NCBI GenBank assembly: GCA_965232515.1
Contig: CBDDPY010000002.1
Span: forward strand, 1,088,001 to 1,152,000
Direction: 5' to 3'
DNA length: 64,000 nt
From: Alphaproteobacteria bacterium
Lineage (GTDB): Bacteria > Pseudomonadota > Alphaproteobacteria > GCA-2731375
The notes beneath the pieces were generated by a model. It ran no database searches and was not told the origin of the DNA. It saw only the letters and a list, made by a program, of their open reading frames with translations. Shown here piece by piece: positions 31,805-42,615 of the stretch. Within the stretch, counting starts at the first letter, position 1, and every line of letters begins with the position of its first letter. Position numbers and translations under genes: made by a program.

Positions 31805-32575
31805 CTACCCCTCGAGTTCGCACCAGACCGGGGTGTGGTCCGACGGCTTCTCCTTGCCACGCGGTCCACGGTCGATATCGCACGCCGTCAGCCGATCGGC
31901 CGCCTGCGGGCTCAACAGCAGGTGGTCGATGCGGATGCCATGGTCCTTCTGCCAGGCGCCGCCCTGATAGTCCCAGAAGCTGTAGTTCACCGTCTCCGGA
32001 TTGAGCGCGCGATAGGCCTCGGTCAGGCCGAGATAGCAGAGCGTACGGAACCTGGCTCGGCTTTCCGGCTGCATCAGCGCATCGTCGGCCCAGGCCGGCG
32101 GGTCGTAGCAATCGACGTCCTGCGGTATCACGTTGTAGTCGCCGCCCAGCACGAAACACTCCTCGTCCGCCAGCAGCGACTCGGCGCGCGCGATCAAATG
32201 GTCCATCCAATCGAGCTTGTAGGTGAACTTCTCGGTGCCCGTGGGGTTGCCGTTCGGCAGATAGATCGAGGCCACGCGGACGGCATCGACCGTCGCCTCT
32301 ATATACCGCGCCTGTTCGTCGGCCTCGTTGCCGGGCAACCCGGTGATCACGTCCTCGATCGGTCGTTTCGACAGGATGGCGACGCCGTTATAGGTTTTCT
32401 GGCCGTGAACGGCGACGTTGTAGCCGAGATCCTCGACCGCCTCGCGCGGGAACCCGTCGTCCACCGTTTTGATTTCCTGCAGCAGCACGACATCGGGCGT
32501 CGCCGTACCGAGCCAGTCGAGCAGGCGCGGCAGGCGCACCTTGATGGAGTTGACGTTCCAGGTGGCGATCTTCAT
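31805..32575 (-). CDS. xth: Exodeoxyribonuclease III
   Basis: MKIATWNVNSI, LQEIK, GDYNV, RIDHLLLS, PSDHTPV. Confidence 0.96.
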   Translation of the reverse strand: MKIATWNVNSIKVRLPRLLDWLGTATPDVVLLQEIKTVDDGFPREAVEDLGYNVAVHGQKTYNGVAILSKRPIEDVITGLPGNEADEQARYIEATVDAVRVASIYLPNGNPTGTEKFTYKLDWMDHLIARAESLLADEECFVLGGDYNVIPQDVDCYDPPAWADDALMQPESRARFRTLCYLGLTEAYRALNPETVNYSFWDYQGGAWQKDHGIRIDHLLLSPQAADRLTACDIDRGPRGKEKPSDHTPVWCELEG

Positions 32576-32614
32576 GGCCGCCATTCCGGCACAAGCCGCC
32601 GAGCCGGGCAAGCG

Positions 32615-32640
32615 AAAAGCCCGGCCGGAGCCGGGCTTTT
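32615..32640. terminator. Intrinsic terminator (bidirectional-type) after erpA
   Basis: AAAAGCCCGG-CCGGAG-CCGGGCTTTT. Confidence 0.75.
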
Positions 32641-32665
32641 GCGACGACATCGGATTAGACGCTAC

Positions 32666-33010
32666 TCAAATCGAAAAGGAGGATCCGCAACCACAAGACG
32701 ACGACGCGTTCGGATTCTTGATCGCGAACGCCGAGGCCATCAGGTCCTCGACATAGTCGATTTCGGATCCGGCGAGGTACATCATGGAAACCTCGTCGAT
32801 CAGCACCTCAACGCCGTTCCGCTCGATCACGGTGTCATCGTCGTTCTGCTGATCGTCGAACTCGAACCCATAACTGAAGCCGGAGCAGCCGCCGCCCGAC
32901 ACGGACACGCGCAGCCTGACACCAGGATTATTTTCCTGGGTGTGCAGAAACGCGATACGCTTGGCCGCGCTCTCGCTCAACGTGACGGGGGATGTCTCTG
33001 CTTGGCTCAT
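32666..33010 (-). CDS. erpA: Iron-sulfur cluster insertion protein (A-type carrier)
   Basis: GGGCSGFSY, NPNASSSCGCGSSF; divergent from dgt. Confidence 0.9.
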   Translation of the reverse strand: MSQAETSPVTLSESAAKRIAFLHTQENNPGVRLRVSVSGGGCSGFSYGFEFDDQQNDDDTVIERNGVEVLIDEVSMMYLAGSEIDYVEDLMASAFAIKNPNASSSCGCGSSFSI

Positions 33011-33126
33011 TTGATCTCCGTTTCGTCGATTATAGCACGTCGAAACATGAAGGATATGTAATCAACGCATGCGCGTTGTCAAACGGGCTTTGTCAAAGCA
33101 GCCCGGTGCGGCTAGTGTCCGCGCAA

Positions 33127-34311
33127 ATGGTGTCCGACACCGATCTTGCCCCCTTCGCCTCCCGGCCCGAACAGAGCCGCGGCCGCCGCTTCGCCGAACC
33201 CGAAAGCGCCGGCCGGAGCGTGTTTCAGCGCGATCGCGACCGGATCATCCATTCGACGGCGTTCCGCCGGCTGCAATACAAGACCCAGGTGTTCGTTTAC
33301 CATGAGGGCGACCATTTCCGGACCCGGCTGACACACAGCCTGGAAGTCGCTCAGATCGCCCGATCGATCTGCCGGCGGCTGCATCTCAACGAAGACCTCG
33401 CGGAAGCGCTGGCGCTCGCCCACGACCTCGGTCATCCACCGTTCGGCCATGCCGGCGAAGACGCCCTGCAGCAGCGGATGTCGGCCTATGACGGCTTCGA
33501 CCATAACGCCCAGACGCTCCGAATCCTGACCCGCCTTGAACGCCGCTACGCCGATTTCGAGGGCTTGAACCTGACCTGGGAGACCCTGGAAGGCACGGTC
33601 AAGCACAACGGGCCGCTGATCGCCACGCCGGACGCCGCAACCCGATTGCCGGCGGCAATCACGGAGTATGCGGCCCAGCATGATTTGGAGCTGCACACAT
33701 TCGCCGGACCCGAGGCGCAGGTGGCAGCGCTCGCCGACGATATCGCCTACAACAACCACGATATCGACGACGGCCTGAGGGCCGGACTGTTCGAACTCGA
33801 GCAGTTGAAGGACGTGCCGTTGCTGGAGCCGGTCCTGGCCGAGGTCGCCAACCGCTACCCCGATCTCGGTCAGCGCGAGCGCATCGTGCACGAGGTCGTG
33901 CGGCGCCTGATCGGCTGCATGGTCGACGATCTAATTGCCGAATCGCGGAACCGGCTGGATGTCCTGAAGCCCGACAGTGTTGATGCTGTCCGTCATGCCG
34001 ACCGGCCGCTCGTGGCGTTCTCCGACGCCATGGCCGAGGCCGATAAAGCACTGAAAGCGTTCCTGAAAACGCACATGTATCGCCACTACCGTGTCAATCG
34101 CATGACAAGCAAGGCCCGGCGCGTTGTCTCCGAGCTGTTCAGGCTGTATATCGCCGAACCGTCATGTCTGCCGCCGGAATGGCAGGCGCGCACCGACGGA
34201 CCCAACGGTCCGCGCACGGCGCGCAGCGTCGCCGATTTCATCGCCGGCATGACCGACCGATTTGCCATGGAAGAGCATCGCCGGCTGTTCGACATCGAAA
34301 CCAGGACCTAG
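33127..34311 (+). CDS. dgt: Deoxyguanosinetriphosphate triphosphohydrolase
   Basis: FQRDRDRIIHS, KTQVF, RTRLTHSLEV, HDLGHPPFGHAGE. Confidence 0.95.
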   Translation: MVSDTDLAPFASRPEQSRGRRFAEPESAGRSVFQRDRDRIIHSTAFRRLQYKTQVFVYHEGDHFRTRLTHSLEVAQIARSICRRLHLNEDLAEALALAHDLGHPPFGHAGEDALQQRMSAYDGFDHNAQTLRILTRLERRYADFEGLNLTWETLEGTVKHNGPLIATPDAATRLPAAITEYAAQHDLELHTFAGPEAQVAALADDIAYNNHDIDDGLRAGLFELEQLKDVPLLEPVLAEVANRYPDLGQRERIVHEVVRRLIGCMVDDLIAESRNRLDVLKPDSVDAVRHADRPLVAFSDAMAEADKALKAFLKTHMYRHYRVNRMTSKARRVVSELFRLYIAEPSCLPPEWQARTDGPNGPRTARSVADFIAGMTDRFAMEEHRRLFDIETRT

Positions 34312-36069
34312 ATGAACGTCTTCAATCACTTCGAAGCGCTGGTTCGGGAGCGCATCGAATCTCTATCGGCGGACGGCACGTTGCCAGGCGGGCTCGACTG
34401 CCACAACGTCAAGGTCGAGCCGCCGCGCGACGCAAGCCACGGCGACCTGGCGGTCAATGCCGCCATGGTCCTGGCCAAGCAGGCGAAGATGCCGCCCCGC
34501 GCCATTGCCGAGCCTCTGGCGGCCGCGCTTGCCCAGCACCCGGACGTCGACGCGGCCGATATCGCCGGCCCCGGGTTCATCAACCTTGGCCTATCGCCCG
34601 ATTTCTGGCGCGGCCGGCTGATTGACGCACTGTTGGCCGGGACGGCCTATGGGGACTGCGACGTCGGCGCCGGCGAAAAGGTCAATGTCGAGTATGTCTC
34701 GGCCAATCCGACCGGTCCGTTGCATGTGGGACACCTGCGTGGCGCCGTGTTCGGCGACGCGCTGTCGACTCTGCTGCGCAAGGCCGGCTACGAGGTCTGC
34801 GAGGAATACTATATCAACGACGCCGGCGCTCAGGTCGACACGCTGGCGCGCTCCACCCATCTGCGCTACCGCAAGGCGCTGGGCGAGGACATCGGCCAGA
34901 TCCCCGAGGGCATGTATCCCGGCGACTATCTGAAGCCCGTCGGCGAGGCGCTGGCCGCACGCGACGGCGACCGCTGGCGGGATGCGGCCGAGGCGGACTG
35001 GCTGCCGGCGGTGCGCGAGTTCGCCATCGAAGCCATGATGCAGCAGGTGCGCGCGGACCTGACGGCGCTCGGCATCACGCAGGAGGTGTTCTATTCCGAG
35101 CGCTCGCTGCACGACACCGGCATGATCGACAAGGCGGTGGCCTCGCTCGACGACAAGGGCCTGATCTACACCGGCGTGCTGACACCACCGAAGGGCAAGA
35201 CGCCGGAGGACTGGGAGCCGCGGCCGCAAATGCTGTTCCGCGCGACCGAGTTCGGCGACGACGTCGACCGGCCGCTGCAGAAATCCGACGGCGCCTGGAC
35301 CTATTTCGCGGCCGATATCGCCTATCACTACGACAAGTACACCCGCGGCTATCGGCGCATGATCGATGTCTGGGGCGCCGATCACGGCGGCTATATCAAA
35401 CGCATGCAGGCGGCCGTGCGGGCGCTTGCCGGCGACGACGATGCCGATCTCGACGTGCGGCTGTGCCAGATCGTACGGGTGCTGCGGGACGGCGAGCCGG
35501 TGCGCATGTCGAAACGGGCGGGCGACTTCATCACCGTGCGCGATGTGCTGGACGAGGTCGGTCGCGATGTCGTTCGTTTCATGATGTTGACGCGCAAGAA
35601 CGACGCGCAGCTCGACTTTGACTTCGCCCGGGTCGAGGAGCAGTCGAAGGACAATCCGGTTTTCTATGTGCAGTACGCGCACGCCCGCATCCGGTCGGTG
35701 CTGCGCAATGTTGCCGAGACCCTGCCGGACATCGACACGACGCCGGAATCCCTGTCCCGCGCCGAGCTGTCGCGGCTGACCGATTCGACGGAATTGGACC
35801 TGATTAAGCGCATCGCGCATTGGCCGCGCACGGTCGAAGCCGCCGCCCAGGCCCACGAGCCGCACAGAATTGCCTTTTATCTCTATGACTTAGCGGCCGC
35901 GTTCCACGGCCTCTGGAACCGGGGGAATGAAGATCCGGGTTTACGCTTTATCATCGCGGACGACGAACGGCTGACGGCAGCACGTCTGGCGTTGATCCAG
36001 GGCGTTGCAACGGTAATTGCATCGGGCCTGTCGATCATGGGCGTCGAGCCGGCAGAGGAGATGCGCTAA
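34312..36069 (+). CDS. argS: Arginine--tRNA ligase
   Basis: [35 protein letters not shown]. Confidence 0.97.
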   Translation: MNVFNHFEALVRERIESLSADGTLPGGLDCHNVKVEPPRDASHGDLAVNAAMVLAKQAKMPPRAIAEPLAAALAQHPDVDAADIAGPGFINLGLSPDFWRGRLIDALLAGTAYGDCDVGAGEKVNVEYVSANPTGPLHVGHLRGAVFGDALSTLLRKAGYEVCEEYYINDAGAQVDTLARSTHLRYRKALGEDIGQIPEGMYPGDYLKPVGEALAARDGDRWRDAAEADWLPAVREFAIEAMMQQVRADLTALGITQEVFYSERSLHDTGMIDKAVASLDDKGLIYTGVLTPPKGKTPEDWEPRPQMLFRATEFGDDVDRPLQKSDGAWTYFAADIAYHYDKYTRGYRRMIDVWGADHGGYIKRMQAAVRALAGDDDADLDVRLCQIVRVLRDGEPVRMSKRAGDFITVRDVLDEVGRDVVRFMMLTRKNDAQLDFDFARVEEQSKDNPVFYVQYAHARIRSVLRNVAETLPDIDTTPESLSRAELSRLTDSTELDLIKRIAHWPRTVEAAAQAHEPHRIAFYLYDLAAAFHGLWNRGNEDPGLRFIIADDERLTAARLALIQGVATVIASGLSIMGVEPAEEMR

Positions 36070-37040
36070 TGCACAGCGACCCAGCCGATGCCAGACCGGC
36101 CCCGCCGCGGCAGGAGATCTACACGAAAAAGCCGGCCGCTTCGCGGCTGCCGGTAATCGCGCTCATCGCCGTCGGCGCCGTGATCGCCTTCGGCACCAGC
36201 ATCTGGTACGCCTATCAATACGGCGTCAATCAACAGGTGGCCGCCAATCCGCCGCTGATCAAGGCGGAGCCCGGGCCGACGAAACTAAAACCCGACGACC
36301 CCGGCGGTATGGCGGTGCCCGACCGTGACAAGCTGGTCTACGACCGGGTCACGGACAGTCCACCCGAACCGCGAACCGAACGCCTGCTGCCGCCGCCGGA
36401 CGAACCGATGGCGAAACCCGACGCGCCGCCACCACCGCCGGCCGTGGAGCAGGCGGCGAACGAACCCAAGACAGAAGCGGCCAAAGACGTCGCCGATGCG
36501 ACACCGCCGCCACCGCCGGCGCCGGCTGCCGAACCGGCGACCGAGGCGGCCGGTAAGGAGACATCCGGCCAGGAAGAGCTGCCGGCGAAAACCGTCGACA
36601 AGCTTGTCGCCGTCGCGCCGGCCGCGGCGCCGCCGCCACCGGCCTCCGAACCCAAGCCGGCGGCTCAGGCCGAACCGGCCAAGCCCGCGGCCGAACCGCC
36701 CAAGCAAGCCGCGGTCTCGCCACCGCCAAAGCCGCAGCCTGCCGCGAAGGCACCGTCAAAGCCGAAACCCGAGAAAGCCGCGGGAGCGGGATCGTACCGC
36801 GTGCAGCTTGCCTCGTTTCGAACCTCGAAGGCCGCGAACGACGCCTGGAGCAAGCTCAGGAAATCGAACATTTCGCTGCTGCGCGATCTGACGGCGCATG
36901 TGACCCGGGTCGAACTCGGTCAGAAGGGGACCTTCTATCGACTTCAAGCGGGATCGTTTGCCCAGGAGGGTCGCGCTCGTTCGATCTGCACCGAGCTGAA
37001 GGCCCGCCAAGTGGACTGCCTGGTTGTCCGGACAAACTAG
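36069..37040 (+). CDS. SPOR domain protein (FtsN-like)
   Basis: N-terminal TM, Pro/Ala-rich linker, C-terminal YRVQLASF...FYRLQAG..C..LK...C. Confidence 0.88.
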   Translation: MHSDPADARPAPPRQEIYTKKPAASRLPVIALIAVGAVIAFGTSIWYAYQYGVNQQVAANPPLIKAEPGPTKLKPDDPGGMAVPDRDKLVYDRVTDSPPEPRTERLLPPPDEPMAKPDAPPPPPAVEQAANEPKTEAAKDVADATPPPPPAPAAEPATEAAGKETSGQEELPAKTVDKLVAVAPAAAPPPPASEPKPAAQAEPAKPAAEPPKQAAVSPPPKPQPAAKAPSKPKPEKAAGAGSYRVQLASFRTSKAANDAWSKLRKSNISLLRDLTAHVTRVELGQKGTFYRLQAGSFAQEGRARSICTELKARQVDCLVVRTN

Positions 37041-38061
37041 CGCCGCGCCGGCCGCGGTCATTTTCGGTTGCGCCGGCCCAGAGCTATCCGCTGACGAGGC
37101 CCAGTTCTTCGGCGACGTCGATCCGCTGGGCTTCATTCTCTTTGCACGCAATTGCGAAACGCCGGAACAGATCAGAACACTGACATCGGCGTTACGCGCC
37201 ACGGTCGGGCGCGACGATGCGCCGATATTGATCGATCAGGAAGGTGGCCGGGTACAGCGTCTGAAACCGCCGACATGGCGCGCCGCGCCGGCCGCCGCAC
37301 GGTTTGGCGCCTTGGCGCGTATCGATATGAACGCGGCTGTCGAAGCCGCACGGCTAAATGCCCGATTGATCGCCGCCGACCTGCGCGATCTCGGCGTCAA
37401 CGTTGACTGCCTGCCGTGCCTCGACGTGCCGGCGCCGGACGGTCACGACATCATCGGCGATCGCGCCTTCGACAGCGATCCGAACCTGGTGGCGACGCTG
37501 GGACGGGCTGTCGCGGGCGGCCTGATCGCCGGCGGCGTGCTTCCGGTCGCGAAGCATATACCCGGTCATGGACGGGCCAGGGCCGACAGCCATCTCGAGC
37601 TGCCGGTCGTCGACACGCCGACCGCCGAACTCGAGGCCATCGATTTCGCACCGTTCCGCATGCTTGCCGATCTGCCCATCGGCATGACGGCGCACGTGGT
37701 CTATTCGGATATCGATCCCGACGCGCCGGCGACGATCTCGCGCAGGGTCGTCCAAGATATTATCCGGAGAAACATCGGCTTCGACGGCCTGTTGATGAGC
37801 GACGATCTGGGCATGCAGGCCCTTGCTGGCGACTACGCCGCCCGCACGTCTGCCTCGTTGGCGGCCGGGTGCGATGTGGTGCTGCACTGCAGCGGCGTCA
37901 TGTCCGAGATGGAACAGGTCGCCGCGGCCGTTCGCCCGCTCGATGCCGCCGGCCGGGAGCGGGCGGACCGGGCGTTGGCGGCATGTCGGCCGCCCGACGA
38001 TACCGACCCCGGCGAGGCGCTAGCCCGCGTTAACGAACTGCTTGCAGCGGTTGCGGTATAG
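37024..38061 (+). CDS. nagZ: Beta-N-acetylhexosaminidase
   Basis: IDQEGGRVQR, KHIPGHG, DSH, MSDDLGM. Confidence 0.95.
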   Translation: MSGQTSAAPAAVIFGCAGPELSADEAQFFGDVDPLGFILFARNCETPEQIRTLTSALRATVGRDDAPILIDQEGGRVQRLKPPTWRAAPAAARFGALARIDMNAAVEAARLNARLIAADLRDLGVNVDCLPCLDVPAPDGHDIIGDRAFDSDPNLVATLGRAVAGGLIAGGVLPVAKHIPGHGRARADSHLELPVVDTPTAELEAIDFAPFRMLADLPIGMTAHVVYSDIDPDAPATISRRVVQDIIRRNIGFDGLLMSDDLGMQALAGDYAARTSASLAAGCDVVLHCSGVMSEMEQVAAAVRPLDAAGRERADRALAACRPPDDTDPGEALARVNELLAAVAV

Positions 38062-38114
38062 CCAGGGTATCGGGCTGGATGCCATTCACATAGACTCGCA
38101 ACGATTCGAATCCC

Positions 38115-38909
38115 ATGGAAACGCCCGCAGACAAGCCCGACGCCTTTGAGGACCCGACGCCCGATCGCATCGAGATCGGCGGTTTCGTGGTTGACCTCGA
38201 GGGCTATGAGGGACCGCTCGACTTGCTGCTGACCTTGGCGCGCCAGCAGAAGGTCGATCTGCGCAATCTGTCGATCCTGCAGCTGGCCGAGCAATATCTC
38301 GACTTTATCGGCGAGGCCCGGCGGATGCGGCTGGAAGTCGCCGCCGACTACCTGGTGATGGCGGCCTGGCTCGCCTACCTGAAATCCCGCCTGCTGCTGC
38401 CGGAGGCGGAAGGCGAGGCGGAGCCAACCGGCGAGGAGATGGCGGCGCGCCTGCAATTCCAGCTCGAGCGCCTGCAGGCCATGCGCGAGACCATCGACAA
38501 ACTGTTTGCCCGGCAGCGCCTTGGAATCGACGTGCTGCCACGCGGCATGCCGGAAGGCGTTCGTATCATTCGAAACTCGGTGATCGAGTGCTCGCTCTAT
38601 GAGCTCCTAAATGCCTATTCCAGCCAGGTGGGCCGGAGCAACGTCACCAATCTGCACCTGCGGCCGCCGGAAGCCTTCACCATGGAGCAGGCGCTGCGCC
38701 GGTTAAAGGCCGTTCTGGGCGAAATGCCGGATTGGGCCAGCCTGGAAGCCTTCCTGCCATCGGAAATGCAGACCGGCTTCCAGCGCCGCTCGGCCGTCGC
38801 TTCGACGCTGGCGGCCAGTCTCGAACTGGTTCGCGAAGGCCGATTGCAGGTGCGCCAAGCCCAGAACTTCGGGCCGATCTTCGTCAAAGGCGCCGTGGAA
38901 GAGAAATGA
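38115..38909 (+). CDS. scpA: Segregation and condensation protein A
   Basis: YEGPLDLLL, AADYLVMAAWLAYLKSRLLLP. Confidence 0.95.
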   Translation: METPADKPDAFEDPTPDRIEIGGFVVDLEGYEGPLDLLLTLARQQKVDLRNLSILQLAEQYLDFIGEARRMRLEVAADYLVMAAWLAYLKSRLLLPEAEGEAEPTGEEMAARLQFQLERLQAMRETIDKLFARQRLGIDVLPRGMPEGVRIIRNSVIECSLYELLNAYSSQVGRSNVTNLHLRPPEAFTMEQALRRLKAVLGEMPDWASLEAFLPSEMQTGFQRRSAVASTLAASLELVREGRLQVRQAQNFGPIFVKGAVEEK

Positions 38910-39616
38910 CCGACGAGCAAAACGAAAGCGCGCAGCACCTCCGCATGTTGGAGGCCTTGCTGTTTGCGGCCACCGAGCCGTTGAACGAAGCGACGCTGAC
39001 GGCCCGCCTTCCGGATGGCGTCGACGTGCCAGCGCTGATCGCCGAACTGACCGCGCAATACGAAGACCGCGGCGTCAATCTCGCCGTGGTCGGCGGCAAA
39101 TGGCAGTTCCGTACGGCGCCCGATCTGCATTTCCTGCTGTCCGAGGAAAAACAGCAGACCCGCCGGCTGTCGCGGGCCGCGCTCGAGACACTGGCGATTA
39201 TCGCCTACCACCAGCCGATTACCCGTGCCGAGATCGAGGAGGTCCGCGGCGTCGGTCTCAGCAAGGGCACGCTCGATCTGCTGATGGAGGTCGGCTGGGT
39301 GCGCTTACGCGGCAGGCGCAGAACGCCGGGACGGCCGGTCACCTACGGAACCTCGGACGCGTTCATGGAACATTTTGGCCTGGAGAGCCTGAAGGATCTG
39401 CCTGGCATCGAGGAGCTGAAGGCCGCCGGCCTGCTGGACAGCACGCCGCCGCCGAACTTCAAGCTGGCCAACATCGGCGGCACCGATAATCATGACGAGC
39501 TCGACGAGGACGAAGAACTCGACGACGCCGAAGCCATGGCCGACGACACCGCCGAAACGGCCGATCTCGACGCCGGCGGCGAGCCGGAAGAAACCTCATC
39601 TCCCGGTGTCGGCTGA
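38906..39616 (+). CDS. scpB: Segregation and condensation protein B
   Basis: LEALLFA, LSRAALETLAIIAYHQPITRAEIEEVRGV, PGRPVTYGT. Confidence 0.95.
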   Translation: MTDEQNESAQHLRMLEALLFAATEPLNEATLTARLPDGVDVPALIAELTAQYEDRGVNLAVVGGKWQFRTAPDLHFLLSEEKQQTRRLSRAALETLAIIAYHQPITRAEIEEVRGVGLSKGTLDLLMEVGWVRLRGRRRTPGRPVTYGTSDAFMEHFGLESLKDLPGIEELKAAGLLDSTPPPNFKLANIGGTDNHDELDEDEELDDAEAMADDTAETADLDAGGEPEETSSPGVG

Positions 39617-39761
39617 ACGACAGCAGCGCGACGAAATGTTGCATTGACCTTGCGCTTCGGCAGCACGCCCTATAGTTAGAGTTTTTTGGGCCACTGCGAA
39701 TGACTCGCAATCAAGTCGGGACGGAACCCGGCGGGCGCTGCGGCGAGGCGAACTACAACAA

Positions 39762-40820
39762 ATGGACGAACGGTCGGGCAGACTGACGATTGAGGCCGTG
39801 AGCCATGCCTTCGACGGCCTTACCGTCGTCGACAGCGTCAGTCTCGAGGTCGGCGCCGGCGAATTGGTCTGCCTGCTGGGGCCGTCCGGCTGCGGCAAAA
39901 CTACATTGCTCCGGGTCGCGGCGGGACTGGAGCCGTTGCAGCAGGGCTGCGTGCGGATCGCCGACCGGATCGTTGCCGACCCGGATACCTGGATCCCGCC
40001 CGAGGAACGTGGCGTCGGCATGGTATTCCAGGATTACGCGCTGTTTCCGCACATGACCGTGGCTGAAAACGTGGAATTCGGCCTCAGCGGTCGAAAGCCG
40101 GCCGACCGGCGGGCGACAGCGCTGGACTACCTGCGGCGCCTCGGCATGGCGGATTATGCCGGAACTTATCCGCATACGCTCTCGGGCGGGGAGCAGCAGC
40201 GCGTGGCGCTGGCCAGGGCGTTGGCGCCGCGGCCGGCGGTGATGCTGATGGACGAGCCGTTCTCCGGCCTCGATATCCGTCTGCGCGACGCGGTACGGGA
40301 CGAGTCGCTGGCGCTGCTCCGGGAAGAGGGATCGGCAACCCTGCTCGTCACCCATGATCCCGAGGAAGCCATGCGGATGGCGGACCGGATCGCCGTGATG
40401 CGGGGCGGGCGGATCGTCCAGCAAGGAACGCCGGCCCAGATCTATCGTCAACCGGCCGATCCCTTCATTGCCGAATTTTTCGGCGATATCAATAAATTAA
40501 CAGGAATTGTTGACGATAAAGGCGAAGTAAAAACCCACCTTGGATCTATTCCCGCCGGAAGTTTTCCGTCGGGCGCGCCGGTCGACGTGCTGATCCGGCC
40601 GGAGGCCGTCCGCCTGAATGGCCGTGCCGAGGGCGCCAGCGCCACCGTTCAATGCGCCCGTCCGATGGGGCCGTTTGGCTTGGTGGATGTGCGGCTGGCG
40701 GAGAACGATTGTGTTTTGACCTCGCGCGTCGCCGGGATCGATTTGCCGCAATGCGGCGATGCCGTGGGGATAACCTTGAATCCCGCATTAACCTTTGTAT
40801 TTGCCAGATCGGCGTCTTAG
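39762..40820 (+). CDS. ABC transporter ATP-binding protein (FbpC/PotA type)
   Basis: GPSGCGKT, LSGGEQQRVALARAL, MDEPFS, TOBE-like C-terminus. Confidence 0.92.
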   Translation: MDERSGRLTIEAVSHAFDGLTVVDSVSLEVGAGELVCLLGPSGCGKTTLLRVAAGLEPLQQGCVRIADRIVADPDTWIPPEERGVGMVFQDYALFPHMTVAENVEFGLSGRKPADRRATALDYLRRLGMADYAGTYPHTLSGGEQQRVALARALAPRPAVMLMDEPFSGLDIRLRDAVRDESLALLREEGSATLLVTHDPEEAMRMADRIAVMRGGRIVQQGTPAQIYRQPADPFIAEFFGDINKLTGIVDDKGEVKTHLGSIPAGSFPSGAPVDVLIRPEAVRLNGRAEGASATVQCARPMGPFGLVDVRLAENDCVLTSRVAGIDLPQCGDAVGITLNPALTFVFARSAS

Positions 40821-40934
40821 ATCTGTTCCACATAAGGAGCGGCTGGCGCGCGCCGCCTTAATTGCGCGGAAATGGCCTTTCTGCCATGATGCGGCCAGGT
40901 TCCGGGCGCCGCCCAGACATCAGGAGTTTTAACC

Positions 40935-41147
40935 ATGACACCCAGTTTCTGGCAGATTGCGATCGTTCTGATACTGGTCGTCCTGCTGTTCGGTCGCGGC
41001 AAGATTTCCGCGATGATGGGCGACGTTGCCAAGGGCATCAAGAGCTTCAAGAAGGGCATGCAGGAAGACGACACGGTGGACACCGCCGCGACGCGCGATG
41101 CCATCGACGACAAGGCCGTTCAGAAGGACGAGGCGGCGAAGGGCTGA
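40935..41147 (+). CDS. tatA: Twin-arginine translocase subunit A
   Basis: [35 protein letters not shown]. Confidence 0.95.
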   Translation: MTPSFWQIAIVLILVVLLFGRGKISAMMGDVAKGIKSFKKGMQEDDTVDTAATRDAIDDKAVQKDEAAKG

Positions 41148-41192
41148 CATTGACCGCCGGGGCAAGGCGGCGCACGGGCGGATCGGGCCCAC

Positions 41193-41702
41193 ATGATTGA
41201 CATCGGTTGGAGCGAAATGCTGATAGTCGCCGTCGTGGCGATTATCGTGATCGGGCCGAAAGACCTGCCGAAAGCGCTGCGGACGGTCGGCCAATGGGTC
41301 GGCAAGGCGCGTGGCATGGCGCGTGAGTTCCGCAGCAGCATCGACGACATGGTGCGCGAGTCCGAGCTCCAGGAAATCCGCGAGCAGGCAAATTCGATCG
41401 CCGACTTCGACGTCAACAAGGCGATCGACGCGGCGAGCGATCCGAGCGGCACCAGCAGCGGCGTGTTCGACAAGCCAAGGTCCGCGACGCCGGCCGACGA
41501 TAACGATCGGGACGATGACGAACAGGACAAGGCGCCGACGAGCGCCGGCGAGTTTTACGCCAATCCCGAAAACGTGATGGCGCCGCCGCACTCGCTGACC
41601 CAGCCGGACGAAACGGCGCCGGCGACATCTGCCTCCGGCGAGGCGTCTGCCGCGTCAGACGATGATGACGGCGTGGCCGGGCAGCGAAAAACCGGTACCT
41701 AG
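41193..41702 (+). CDS. tatB: Twin-arginine translocase subunit B
   Basis: DIGWSEML..VVAIIVIGPKDLP. Confidence 0.95.
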   Translation: MIDIGWSEMLIVAVVAIIVIGPKDLPKALRTVGQWVGKARGMAREFRSSIDDMVRESELQEIREQANSIADFDVNKAIDAASDPSGTSSGVFDKPRSATPADDNDRDDDEQDKAPTSAGEFYANPENVMAPPHSLTQPDETAPATSASGEASAASDDDDGVAGQRKTGT

Positions 41703-41705
41703 GCC

Positions 41706-42500
41706 GTGACCACGCAGGCGGAGGACGACTTCGACGATAAGAAAATGCCTTTGCTCGATCACCTCATCGAGCTTCGGCAACGGCTGCTGTATTCGATCGT
41801 CGCGTTGGTCGTCGCCTTTGTCGGCTGCTATTTCGTTGCGGAAGAGATCTACGCCTTTCTGGTCGACCCGCTGGCCGACATCTTCGGCGAACAGGAAGGC
41901 CGCCGGTTGATCTTTACCGGCCTGCACGAAGCGTTTTTCACCTATCTCAAGGTCGCGTTGTTCGGCGCGATCTGCATAACCTTCCCAATCCTGGCCGGCC
42001 AGCTCTGGGCCTTCATTGCGCCCGGCCTCTACAAGCACGAACGGCGGGCCTTCCTGCCGTTCCTGCTGGCGACGCCGGTTCTGTTCACAATGGGCGCGGC
42101 CTTGGTCTATTACCTGATCATGCCGCTGGCCTGGCGCTTCTTCCTGAGCTTCGAGACACCCGGCGGCGAGGGCATGCTGCCGATCCAGCTCGAGGCCAAG
42201 GTCAACGAGTATCTCAGCCTGGTGATGAAGCTGATCATCGCCTTCGGCCTGTCCTTCCAGCTCCCTGTCGCGCTCACGCTGATGGCGCGCGTCGGTCTGG
42301 TCACGTCGGATGGCCTGAAGTCGAAACGCAAATACGCGATCGTCATCACGTTCCTGGTCGCGGCCTTCCTGACGCCGCCCGACCTGATCAGCCAGATCGG
42401 CCTCGGCCTGCCGATCCTGCTGCTCTACGAAATCTCCATCCTCTGCGCCCGCATGGTCGAGCGCAAACGCGCGGAAGCCGACGCCGAAGCGGAAGCCTAG
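41706..42500 (+). CDS. tatC: Twin-arginine translocase subunit C
   Basis: [32 protein letters not shown]. Confidence 0.96.
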   Translation: MTTQAEDDFDDKKMPLLDHLIELRQRLLYSIVALVVAFVGCYFVAEEIYAFLVDPLADIFGEQEGRRLIFTGLHEAFFTYLKVALFGAICITFPILAGQLWAFIAPGLYKHERRAFLPFLLATPVLFTMGAALVYYLIMPLAWRFFLSFETPGGEGMLPIQLEAKVNEYLSLVMKLIIAFGLSFQLPVALTLMARVGLVTSDGLKSKRKYAIVITFLVAAFLTPPDLISQIGLGLPILLLYEISILCARMVERKRAEADAEAEA

Positions 42501-42615
42501 CTCAGTCTGTCACACGTGCTGGACGCCGCCGCCCGGTGCGGCGTATACAGGGGCCGCGGCGGCTTCCGGAGATTCCGGGGCCGCTTTCCGATCAGAACGG
42601 TGCAGACGGTTCGCG

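Noticed and set aside
39762-40820. Orphan ABC ATPase without permease between scpB and tatA
   Set aside because: To my recollection this placement is common in Alphaproteobacteria; its partners are probably encoded elsewhere.
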